A stretch of 64,000 bases of DNA from a virus. The position numbers were made by a program, and so were the translations under genes. The DNA lies in IMG/VR virus record IMGVR_UViG_3300032047_000006, positions 1 to 64,000 of that record. One strand, 5' to 3'. Below are positions 8,006 through 15,765 of the stretch, in pieces; the first letter of the stretch is position 1, and each line of letters starts with the position of its first letter. The notes beneath the pieces were generated by a model. The model was not told where the DNA came from, searched no databases, and saw only the letters and a list, made by a program, of their open reading frames with translations.

Positions 8006-8035
8006 ACACTAGTGATATAAAGAGGAGAATTGATT

Positions 8036-8269
8036 ATGAACAGCAGAGCGCAACATTTTATCGAAGCAATTAAAACTGCATCATCCTCAACGGAAGTTGT
8101 TCGACTTTGGACAGAAGCTGCCAAGGGGAAAGATCTCACTATGAAGGACATTATCAATATTCACCAAGCCTGCGGCAGGATCCTGCTAGAGGCAGTCTAC
8201 GAATCCCACGGTGAAGATTCTGATGCAGTCACCTCCAATCCAGAGTTTAAGACTCAAGCCAAAAAATAA
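8036..8269 (+). CDS. Hypothetical protein
   Basis: ORF; RBS GAGGAG; start 8030 (TTG) or 8036 (ATG). Confidence 0.75.
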   Translation: MNSRAQHFIEAIKTASSSTEVVRLWTEAAKGKDLTMKDIINIHQACGRILLEAVYESHGEDSDAVTSNPEFKTQAKK

Positions 8270-8289
8270 AATAAAAAAGGCTAAAAGTC

Positions 8290-8793
8290 ATGCAGACACA
8301 TTCCGATGCATTCAGCATAGGTAAATTAATAACGGACATAGCAAAACACTTTAATATCAAGAAGAGCGACATCTGGAAGAGGCAATTCGAACTCTTATCT
8401 ATGTGGCTTGGCGAACGGGGATTCAAGGTTACCCTATCCAAGGATTGTGAAGATATAATTAAATGGGATGAGATGTTAGTTATGATAGACTCAGCCCCTC
8501 AATGGGAAAATAGGTACTACGCTCTTCTTCACGAATGTGGGCATATCATCATATCTGAGAATCCAGAGAACTTTGAATATAACTATCCATATTATATACG
8601 AGAGTCTGATGAACGGCGGAGACGTTCTGATGCTTATAAGATTTCTCTCTTGGGAGAGGAAATAGAGGCATGGAAACTTGGGAGAAATCTTGGAGACAAC
8701 ATATTGAATCACTTTATAGATCATAAAAAGTTTGATAAAATGATGACGGAGTGCATGATGAGTTATGTGTTTTGGATTACAGAGGAAGAATAA
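8290..8793 (+). CDS. Zincin-like metallopeptidase (ImmA/IrrE-like)
   Basis: LLHECGH plus downstream EEIEAW third-ligand motif. Confidence 0.7.
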   Translation: MQTHSDAFSIGKLITDIAKHFNIKKSDIWKRQFELLSMWLGERGFKVTLSKDCEDIIKWDEMLVMIDSAPQWENRYYALLHECGHIIISENPENFEYNYPYYIRESDERRRRSDAYKISLLGEEIEAWKLGRNLGDNILNHFIDHKKFDKMMTECMMSYVFWITEEE

Positions 8794-9387
8794 ATGATAC
8801 TAACAGTTTTAGATACAGAGACGACGGGGCTTGATCCCGACATTCACGAGATTATTCAGATAGCAGCGATAACTTATGTTCTCGACGCAGAAGGTAATCG
8901 TTATGTAATGAAGAAGTGGGAAAAGAAAATAAATCCACAACAACTTCACACTGCTTCGGAAAAAGCACTTCAAGTAAATGGTTTTACTATTGAAGAGTGG
9001 ATTGGCTCACCGAACGCACTAGAGGTTATGCCAGAAGTCAAAGAGATTATCGAAGGTTCAGATGTCCTGCTCGGACAGAACCTTATTTTTGATTTAAATT
9101 TTATTCACGAGATTTGTTCTCGCAATGATCTAGAGGTTCCAAGCTTTCCTCCTTATATTGACACAAAGTCCATAGCTGACAGGCTCGTAAGGGCATCCTG
9201 GCTGCAACGTTCGGGCATGGATTATCTCGTGGAGCATTATAAGGTAAACGTCCAAGGGAGGGCTCACACGGCGCTCGTAGACTGCGAAAGAACAATGCTC
9301 GTATTTGATGAACTCATGCGAGACGTCAACGAAGAATATGAAATGTTTACTTTTGAAGAACCTTATCAACGACGACGAAGGAAATAA
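8794..9387 (+). CDS. DEDDh 3'-5' exonuclease (DnaQ/RNase T-like)
   Basis: ExoI LDTETTG, ExoII QNLIFD, ExoIII HTALVD. Confidence 0.92.
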   Translation: MILTVLDTETTGLDPDIHEIIQIAAITYVLDAEGNRYVMKKWEKKINPQQLHTASEKALQVNGFTIEEWIGSPNALEVMPEVKEIIEGSDVLLGQNLIFDLNFIHEICSRNDLEVPSFPPYIDTKSIADRLVRASWLQRSGMDYLVEHYKVNVQGRAHTALVDCERTMLVFDELMRDVNEEYEMFTFEEPYQRRRRK

Positions 9388-9389
9388 AA

Positions 9390-9617
9390 TTGATAAAGCA
9401 AGGATCTTTAGTTAAAAATAAAGTATTCCATCATCAAGATGAAAAACCTGTCACTCGTGTTGGGATCGCAATTCATGAGATTTTTAACAACCCTTATTTA
9501 AAAGGTTGTTGGAGAGTTGCATGGGTGCCGACAAAAGAACACCCAGTCTCTAATAATAAGGATTCTCTATATTTTGATCACGTAAAAAAACAAAACTTAA
9601 TTTTATTATCTTCTTGA
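9390..9617 (+). CDS. Small KOW/SH3-like hypothetical protein
   Basis: 'IKQGSLVK..VGIAI..VAW' pattern; TTG start. Confidence 0.6.
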   Translation: MIKQGSLVKNKVFHHQDEKPVTRVGIAIHEIFNNPYLKGCWRVAWVPTKEHPVSNNKDSLYFDHVKKQNLILLSS

Positions 9618-9642
9618 CTCTTAATGGTGCTTATGCTATAGT
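9614..9642 (+). promoter_or_regulatory. sigma70-type promoter
   Basis: TTGACT-N17-TATAGT with extended TG. Confidence 0.75.
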
Positions 9643-9673
9643 ATTGTTGTGAGTTGGTGGTGAAGGAGTTCTT

Positions 9674-9862
9674 ATGAAAGTCGGTGCGTTAGTTCGTTGT
9701 CGTGAGTTCAGTCAGTTCCCGAAAGAAAGAGAAGAAAACCCATTCAACATTCAGGGTGTTCTTGTCGAATACAATAAATTAATGAAAACAGCAACAGTGT
9801 TGATCAATGGACAGACTCGTAAGTTTCGTGCTCACGACGTTCAGTTGGTAAAAAATCCATAA
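9674..9862 (+). CDS. Small KOW/SH3-like hypothetical protein
   Basis: MKVGALVR..GVLVEY..; RBS AAGGAG. Confidence 0.75.
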   Translation: MKVGALVRCREFSQFPKEREENPFNIQGVLVEYNKLMKTATVLINGQTRKFRAHDVQLVKNP

Positions 9863-9878
9863 TGAATGTCGTTTATGC

Positions 9879-9907
9879 TTGACTTTCACTGCTCTATCTA
9901 TTATATT
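9879..9907 (+). promoter_or_regulatory. sigma70-type promoter
   Basis: TTGACT-N17-TATATT followed by GTGGTTGTTAAGGAG. Confidence 0.7.
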
Positions 9908-9939
9908 ATATATGTAGCGTGGTTGTTAAGGAGAAACCA

Positions 9940-10521
9940 ATGAGAAATGTTTTTTGTGATATGGATGGAGTCCTTGTTGACTTCATCGGTGGGGCTGTCC
10001 CACGAGTTAATGAGGTTTTAAATAACCCACCTCCCGAGCTTGCCCAGTTAGCTCAAGAGGTTAAAGAAGAAGTCGGACGTGACTACGTTGTTGAGGGTGA
10101 CTTAGAAAAGTATACTCCAACTGGTAGCAAGAAAGCTTCTGAGTTTATGTATCTTGTTGTTCATAACGACAAAGAGTTCTGGGCTAACTTAGAATGGAAT
10201 CCTGCTGGACGTGAACTTTGGGAAGGCATCAAAGGTTACAATGTTACTATCCTCACCAGCCCTATGGATAAAAGAGGAGCCCAAGAAAGTCTAGAAGGCA
10301 AGCGAATTTGGTTAGAAAATAATCTTGGACTATGTAATATTAGAGAGGTAATCTTTGAGCACGAAAAGTTTCTTCACGCTACAACAGAGGGTGAGGGTAA
10401 TGTTCTCTTTGATGACTTTATGAGCAAGATTTGCCCTTGGCGTGAAAATGGAGGCTTGGGTTTTCATTTCCAAAACAACGCTCAAGAGGCTCTTGCTTTC
10501 TTGGAGGAAGTTAATGGATGA
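9940..10521 (+). CDS. HAD-family 5'(3')-deoxyribonucleotidase-like protein
   Basis: Motif I DMDGV, motif II ILTSP, conserved K, motif IV LFDD; ATG at 9940 after AAGGAG. Confidence 0.85.
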   Translation: MRNVFCDMDGVLVDFIGGAVPRVNEVLNNPPPELAQLAQEVKEEVGRDYVVEGDLEKYTPTGSKKASEFMYLVVHNDKEFWANLEWNPAGRELWEGIKGYNVTILTSPMDKRGAQESLEGKRIWLENNLGLCNIREVIFEHEKFLHATTEGEGNVLFDDFMSKICPWRENGGLGFHFQNNAQEALAFLEEVNG

Positions 10522-10681
10522 TATAGACGTTCTTATTTCAGCCGAAGAGTCACTCCTAGAGCAGTGGGAACCAGAACCGCTTTATATTTCTGTTCCCCAA
10601 CCTCTCTACGAAGAGCGTGAGGAGGAAGATGAGGAAGGCGGCTGCGTCATCATTATCGACATAGCAGGTGAAGAAGAATAA
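10514..10681 (+). CDS. Small acidic hypothetical protein
   Basis: RBS GGAGG; ATG at 10514; ends ..GCVIIIDIAGEEE. Confidence 0.65.
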   Translation: MDDIDVLISAEESLLEQWEPEPLYISVPQPLYEEREEEDEEGGCVIIIDIAGEEE

Positions 10682-10982
10682 AGATATATTTCAAAAACTC
10701 ATACTTGGCACGTTCATTCTCAATATTGCCGATGCTCTATTTTCCTACCATTATATCTCAAAGTTAAGACTCCTTCAGGAGGCAAACCCACTTTGGATAC
10801 CCCTAATATACACACACCCAATGAGCTTTGTCGTTTTAAAGATTTTATTAGGTGGCTCTTGTTGTTTCTTTTTATACAAAACATCAAATTCTAAGACTTC
10901 TCAATGGGGCTCTGTTGTCTGTTTTATTGTATACAGCCTCATAATCGGATCATTTCTAAGTTTCGCTTTTTGTGAAAACTAG
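10668..10982 (+). CDS. DUF5658-like membrane protein
   Basis: 'NIADALFS..QEANPL..F..LK' pattern; three hydrophobic helices. Confidence 0.7.
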   Translation: MKKNKDIFQKLILGTFILNIADALFSYHYISKLRLLQEANPLWIPLIYTHPMSFVVLKILLGGSCCFFLYKTSNSKTSQWGSVVCFIVYSLIIGSFLSFAFCEN

Positions 10983-11002
10983 GATATTTACTCTAAATAA
11001 TA

Positions 11003-11011
11003 CTATTTATA
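11003..11011 (+). promoter_or_regulatory. Putative late promoter
   Basis: CTATTTATA upstream of 11031. Confidence 0.7.
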
Positions 11012-11030
11012 GACGAAAGGAGACTTAACC

Positions 11031-11207
11031 ATGATTATAGAAAAATTCGAACAAATCATAAAAGACTTGACTCTGGCACAAGAGGACGCTGAAAAGTGTA
11101 ATAAGGGAAATGCTTCTGCCGGACGGAGACTAAGGAAGGTATCTCTTGATGCCATGAAGTCTCTTAAAGAGTTAAGGGCAATAATTATGGAGGAGATTAA
11201 GAAATGA
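11031..11207 (+). CDS. Histone H1-like protein, Hc1 family (58 aa, not in ORF track)
   Basis: MIIEKFEQIIKDLTLAQEDAEKCNKGNASAGRRLRKVSLDAMKSLKELRAIIMEEIKK; EKxxKGNxxAGxRxR signature; RBS AAGGAG; late motif at 11003. Confidence 0.85.
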   Translation: MIIEKFEQIIKDLTLAQEDAEKCNKGNASAGRRLRKVSLDAMKSLKELRAIIMEEIKK

Positions 11208-11548
11208 ACATTTCTGGACAACTGTTAAAAAAGATCATTTTAGAAGAAGTCAAAAAAGCACTCTCTGAGAAGCCTGAAACTGCTCCTCCTGCTGGAGCGG
11301 GTTCTGACGCTGCTGGTACTGGCGTGGGCGTGGGAAGAGGCGTTGCTAAAGCCGCAGGCGTCAAGACAGATGTCGAGAACGCTTTTGAAATTATGTTAAA
11401 TGATAAGAAGCTTGCACCCCTAATGTCAAAGATAAATGATACTAGAGAGAAGGCTCAATTAATTGCCCTCTTAGTTAATCAATTCGATGATAAAAAAGAC
11501 GCCAGACAAGCTCTTACCTTGGCGCTCAAACTTATAAGTAAAAAATAA
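11204..11548 (+). CDS. Putative internal head protein
   Basis: 'LLKKIILEEVKKALSE' N-terminal helix; ATGA overlap. Confidence 0.7.
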   Translation: MNISGQLLKKIILEEVKKALSEKPETAPPAGAGSDAAGTGVGVGRGVAKAAGVKTDVENAFEIMLNDKKLAPLMSKINDTREKAQLIALLVNQFDDKKDARQALTLALKLISKK

Positions 11549-11549
11549 A

Positions 11550-13133
11550 ATGGAAAGTGAATTTCAAAAACTCCTAGCACATTTTTATAATTTTGCAAAA
11601 CAGAGGATTGGATTTTCCACGGACGCTACGATTCAGTTCATCAGCGATCCTGAAAATGCAATTAGCGTATTAGGTAAGACTGCTTATTATGATCCCTCAA
11701 GTATGAACGTTGCCGTTTACACAGATGGAAGGCATCCTAAGGATATTTTAAGATCTATTGCACACGAATTAGTTCATCACCGTCAAAATTGTGACGGCAA
11801 GATGGATAACCTAGCGCCCACCAAACCGGGATATGCCCAATCCGATGAAGTCCTTCGAGGCTTGGAAGCGGAGGCTTACCTACAAGGCAACATGTGCTTT
11901 AGGGATTGGGAAGACAACTATAAGTCAAATCCAAAAGTTCAAACTATTTATGAGAGTGTTAGAAAAAGCTTTATTAAGGAGAAATTACAAATGAGCACTA
12001 AAGGCGATTTAAGAAATATTGTAAAGGAGGCGGTTACTAAGGTTCTTAAAGAGAATCGTCTTGAGGAGATGGGATACGATGATCATGATGATTATGATGA
12101 TGATCCTTATATGAATGATTTGGAGAAGGAATTTCCTTTTTTGAAGGATAACCCACGAGGCAGGGCTTCAGACGCTCCCGCAGACATTCAACGTGATATG
12201 GATGATGAGTTCGGTGCCGACGAAGACGAAGACGAAATGATGGAAGGCATGTGTGCCTCCTGTGGAGAGTCTCCTTGTGGTTGTCCTATGGAAGAAGAGG
12301 TTGTCGCAGAAGGCGACGAGATGTCCAGAACAATTACACAGATTGAAAAAATCGGTGCTGAAATTTCTCAAATCGCAAAAATGTCCATTGATCCTGCTGT
12401 AGTTGAACGAATCGAAATGATTGATGACATGGTTACCGACGTTCTCGCACAAATGCAAGGTGTGGAACCTGGGTTTGACGCTGATGGATATAGTAAGATG
12501 CCAGGGCAGCGCCCGATGGAAGAAAAAACCACAGACAAGCACAACGACAATCCAGCACTTACAGGCGATCAGAAAGACGAACTTCCAGATCACCTTCAGA
12601 AAGCAATTATTGATTCCGAAGAAGAAGTAGACGAGGAAAAGTTATCTGCTTTTCAAAGAGATCTTCGCAGACGACAAGCAATGAAAGATGCTTACGACGA
12701 GCGAATGAGAAAAGAGAAAGAAGAACAAGAAGCAAACGAAGCTATTGAAGACGACATTACTTCTTCAGAAGACAGATATGGCGACATGAAGCACATCATC
12801 CCTGGTGTTCGTTTTACTGGCGACATCGAAACTGACGTTCGAGCAATGGAAGAAAACGAGGAACTTGCTGACTGGCTTTACGGCGAGTTAGGTTCTGGCG
12901 ACGTTGTTACTGATTCAGAAGGCAGAGTAGAATATACTGGTGCTGATGTTCAGGATTATCTTGACACAAGCGACGTAGAACTTCCAGACATTGCCGAGAC
13001 ACAAGAAGACTTCTATGCTCAAATGAGAACAGACGCAAGAACTCTTTCAGAAGATTGGAATAAAAGCATTCGCAATAAACGTTCTTCCCTTTTGAACGAA
13101 AGACTTATGAAGGCTTGGAACTTCAATAAATAA
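11550..13133 (+). CDS. Zincin metallopeptidase domain fused to acidic head-protein region; internal start at 11991
   Basis: AHELVHH..LEAEAY; acidic C-terminal part with many [LIM]xE sites. Confidence 0.8.
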   Translation: MESEFQKLLAHFYNFAKQRIGFSTDATIQFISDPENAISVLGKTAYYDPSSMNVAVYTDGRHPKDILRSIAHELVHHRQNCDGKMDNLAPTKPGYAQSDEVLRGLEAEAYLQGNMCFRDWEDNYKSNPKVQTIYESVRKSFIKEKLQMSTKGDLRNIVKEAVTKVLKENRLEEMGYDDHDDYDDDPYMNDLEKEFPFLKDNPRGRASDAPADIQRDMDDEFGADEDEDEMMEGMCASCGESPCGCPMEEEVVAEGDEMSRTITQIEKIGAEISQIAKMSIDPAVVERIEMIDDMVTDVLAQMQGVEPGFDADGYSKMPGQRPMEEKTTDKHNDNPALTGDQKDELPDHLQKAIIDSEEEVDEEKLSAFQRDLRRRQAMKDAYDERMRKEKEEQEANEAIEDDITSSEDRYGDMKHIIPGVRFTGDIETDVRAMEENEELADWLYGELGSGDVVTDSEGRVEYTGADVQDYLDTSDVELPDIAETQEDFYAQMRTDARTLSEDWNKSIRNKRSSLLNERLMKAWNFNK

Positions 13134-13155
13134 AAGATAAATAATTTATCTCAAT

Positions 13156-13184
13156 AAGCCTCCACCTTGTGTGGAGGCTTTTTT
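13156..13184 (+). terminator. Intrinsic terminator
   Basis: AAGCCTCCAC-cttgt-GTGGAGGCTT followed by TTTT. Confidence 0.9.
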
Positions 13185-13193
13185 GTTTGTTTT

Positions 13194-13202
13194 CTATTTA
13201 TA
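13194..13202 (+). promoter_or_regulatory. Putative late promoter
   Basis: CTATTTATA just after a terminator, upstream of 13228. Confidence 0.75.
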
Positions 13203-13227
13203 GTGTAATAGAATACGGAGATAAAAA

Positions 13228-15408
13228 ATGTCAATTGGGTTTGATGCATCATATGTCGGTGTCGGAATAACTGGTAGAGATTTTTCTACTGGTGGATTTA
13301 ATGCTCCTTTTTCTTGGTTTCCAGCTACAGATCACCACGAATTATATGCAGTCATATCTTCAGATGCTTCTTCAAGCACCTCTACACATAGTTACGGCGT
13401 AGTTGATTCCAATACCGCTAGTTTATCGCCTTTTCCTAGTAATTCTTGGAGTGTTACTGGTTTAGACTTTTCGGCTCATGATCCAGGTAATCCAGAAACG
13501 CCTGTCGTTTTTACAATAACACTTTACAGTATTTTAAATGACGGTGATTCACCAGTTCAGCTTTTTCAGGATACGGGAACGGTTCTAGGATTAAAAAAAA
13601 TCCCTCCCGTATATAATGCCTCTGTTTCGGTTTCTGAAATCTCGGGTAATCAAAGATATAGTTTTAATTTTGACTATTATGGATATTACCAAATAAGTGA
13701 AAACAGCAACTGGACTCAGGCAGAAGAGGATAATTTATCAGTTCCTCAAACTATAAAATATAAAATTATTAAAGAAGTTGGCTCAACAACTTCTACAGCA
13801 GTTGATGAGACTTATGATCTTATGGGTGGTGTTAATGGTGCCACTACTACAAAATATTATACAGAATCATTACCGTCGGCACCTGAAGATGTTATCTTTA
13901 AGATAAGAACTTATTATGTTTCTAGTGGTGCAGAAGTTTTTGATTCTTCAGAAGATGTGTCCCTCTCTATAACAAGCCTCAGTGCTTTGCCTGATATCTC
14001 TATTACTTCTATTAACTATGACGCAAGTAGCCAGAATATAAATATAACAACTGATAATAGAGTACAAGAAGTTGGAGATATTTCTTGTTTATTTAAAATA
14101 TATGAATATAATTTAACACATCCTGACGCCTCTCAAGTTGAGGCTGATTTTTCTAGTTCTTATTCAAGAATAAAGAGTCTCTCTCAAACTACAGAAACAG
14201 ATAATGGCGACGGGACTTTTCAGTATGCCATACCTTATTCAAATCTGGCTTCGCCAAATGTTAGTGCGCCTGAATATTGTGGCTATGATAAAAAAGTCAA
14301 AGTTATGATCGACAGGAATAGCCCTACTAAATCAGTCACTGATTCTAATTTTTCTAATATAATTGATGTTAGGCTTTTGTGCCCAGTGAGTCTCTCCACC
14401 CTTCCGAGCATTCCTCTTTCTGGATATAGTGAAATGGAGGTTTCCAAAACTAATGTGTTTGGACAGTATGTTGTTAAATTTGCATATCATCGCAGTGTTA
14501 ACGGTTCTGGCTATCTTTCAGGACTCTCCAATTCAGCAGAGTCTTATAGAATATATAGGGAAATAAAGCAGGGCTCCTCTGTAATTTATGCCAAATCAGT
14601 GGTAGCTAGTGGATCAATCTATTCTCTTTCCGAAACAGATCACATCGCAGATAAATCTTGGTTTTCTCATACAGATACTGTCGATGTCTCTTCCCTTAGC
14701 TTTGATGTGACATCAAGTGTGGATGTCATTTATTATGTTGAAGTGGGTGTTGTGGTAGGGGAGGACTCTGGTAACAAGGAATATTGGCAAGATTCTTCGG
14801 AGGCTAAAAGTAGGACGACTCCAGACAGTCTCTCTCAATTGACATTGATAAGCGATCTCTCTTGCTCTCGAACCTCCGAAACTGATATATCCCTTAATTG
14901 GACTTGCTCTACAGATACTTTTGACGAAGTAATTTCTTCTGGTGGTACAGTCAGGTTTGATCTATATGAAATGGTAACTTCGACTGCTCTTGAATTTGAC
15001 GAAAACGATGATTATCTTTTTGAGACTACAAAAGATCTTGAGTGGAAACACATCAGATCTATTCCTGTCTCTGATTCAGACACCAATCCTTTTTCCTACA
15101 ACTATACATTCCCGCATCACAAGCAGCATTATTATACCAACTTTGCAATATTGGTTGTGGTGACTGGTGGCTTGAGCTATCTATCTCAAGTTGAATCTGA
15201 TTTGTCTCTGAAAAATTCTCCAAGAATTTTTATAAAATCAAACGATGCAAGGAATTTTAAATCAATCAAAGAGAAGATGGGAACGATAGATATGTATTCG
15301 AGAAGATCTCTTGAATATGATAAATCAGTCGAGCAAACCCCTTTTTCTGTCTTGAGAAAATCCGCACGCCTTCGAAACTCTGGTGTTCCTTACAAAGTTA
15401 CCAGATAA
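13228..15408 (+). CDS. Ser/Thr-rich beta-sandwich (Ig/FN3-like) putative virion surface protein
   Basis: S/T/Y/V-rich; FN3-like 'ISLNWTC'; basic C-terminal tail; late motif at 13194. Confidence 0.6.
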   Translation: MSIGFDASYVGVGITGRDFSTGGFNAPFSWFPATDHHELYAVISSDASSSTSTHSYGVVDSNTASLSPFPSNSWSVTGLDFSAHDPGNPETPVVFTITLYSILNDGDSPVQLFQDTGTVLGLKKIPPVYNASVSVSEISGNQRYSFNFDYYGYYQISENSNWTQAEEDNLSVPQTIKYKIIKEVGSTTSTAVDETYDLMGGVNGATTTKYYTESLPSAPEDVIFKIRTYYVSSGAEVFDSSEDVSLSITSLSALPDISITSINYDASSQNINITTDNRVQEVGDISCLFKIYEYNLTHPDASQVEADFSSSYSRIKSLSQTTETDNGDGTFQYAIPYSNLASPNVSAPEYCGYDKKVKVMIDRNSPTKSVTDSNFSNIIDVRLLCPVSLSTLPSIPLSGYSEMEVSKTNVFGQYVVKFAYHRSVNGSGYLSGLSNSAESYRIYREIKQGSSVIYAKSVVASGSIYSLSETDHIADKSWFSHTDTVDVSSLSFDVTSSVDVIYYVEVGVVVGEDSGNKEYWQDSSEAKSRTTPDSLSQLTLISDLSCSRTSETDISLNWTCSTDTFDEVISSGGTVRFDLYEMVTSTALEFDENDDYLFETTKDLEWKHIRSIPVSDSDTNPFSYNYTFPHHKQHYYTNFAILVVVTGGLSYLSQVESDLSLKNSPRIFIKSNDARNFKSIKEKMGTIDMYSRRSLEYDKSVEQTPFSVLRKSARLRNSGVPYKVTR

Positions 15409-15435
15409 TTTATCATCTCTTTATCCCTCAAAAGA

Positions 15436-15444
15436 CTAATTATA
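15436..15444 (+). promoter_or_regulatory. Putative late promoter
   Basis: CTAATTATA upstream of 15496. Confidence 0.65.
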
Positions 15445-15495
15445 AATGTTATTTTATAAATAAAGTACTATTATACTTGACTTTGGAGGACTGTT

Positions 15496-15765
15496 ATGTT
15501 AGATTTAAGAACAATGACGAAGAGGTTCATTATGAACGAGGGTGCTAAAAAACTCGTTGACTGGAAGTCTCTAGTTCAGTCTATCGACGAAGCCCTATCT
15601 TTGCTCAATCCAAAATCGCTCCGAGACTCACGCAGAATTGAGTTGGCGAGACACAATTTAAAAGAAGTAAAAAGTCACCTACGAAGAGCGAACGAGAGAG
15701 TCGCAACGCTAGAAGAGCAGCTTCGTGTTTTAGAAGAGAACGTAAAAGGAAAGAAGGATAAGTAA
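15496..15765 (+). CDS. Coiled-coil hypothetical protein (putative head-associated)
   Basis: Heptad-rich; RBS GGAGG; late motif at 15436. Confidence 0.75.
   Translation: MLDLRTMTKRFIMNEGAKKLVDWKSLVQSIDEALSLLNPKSLRDSRRIELARHNLKEVKSHLRRANERVATLEEQLRVLEENVKGKKDK

Noticed and set aside
3140-8030. tRNA, tmRNA or hammerhead ribozyme in the intergenic regions
   Set aside because: No T-loop GTTCRA with cloverleaf and CCA; no CUGANGA/GAAA core found by eye
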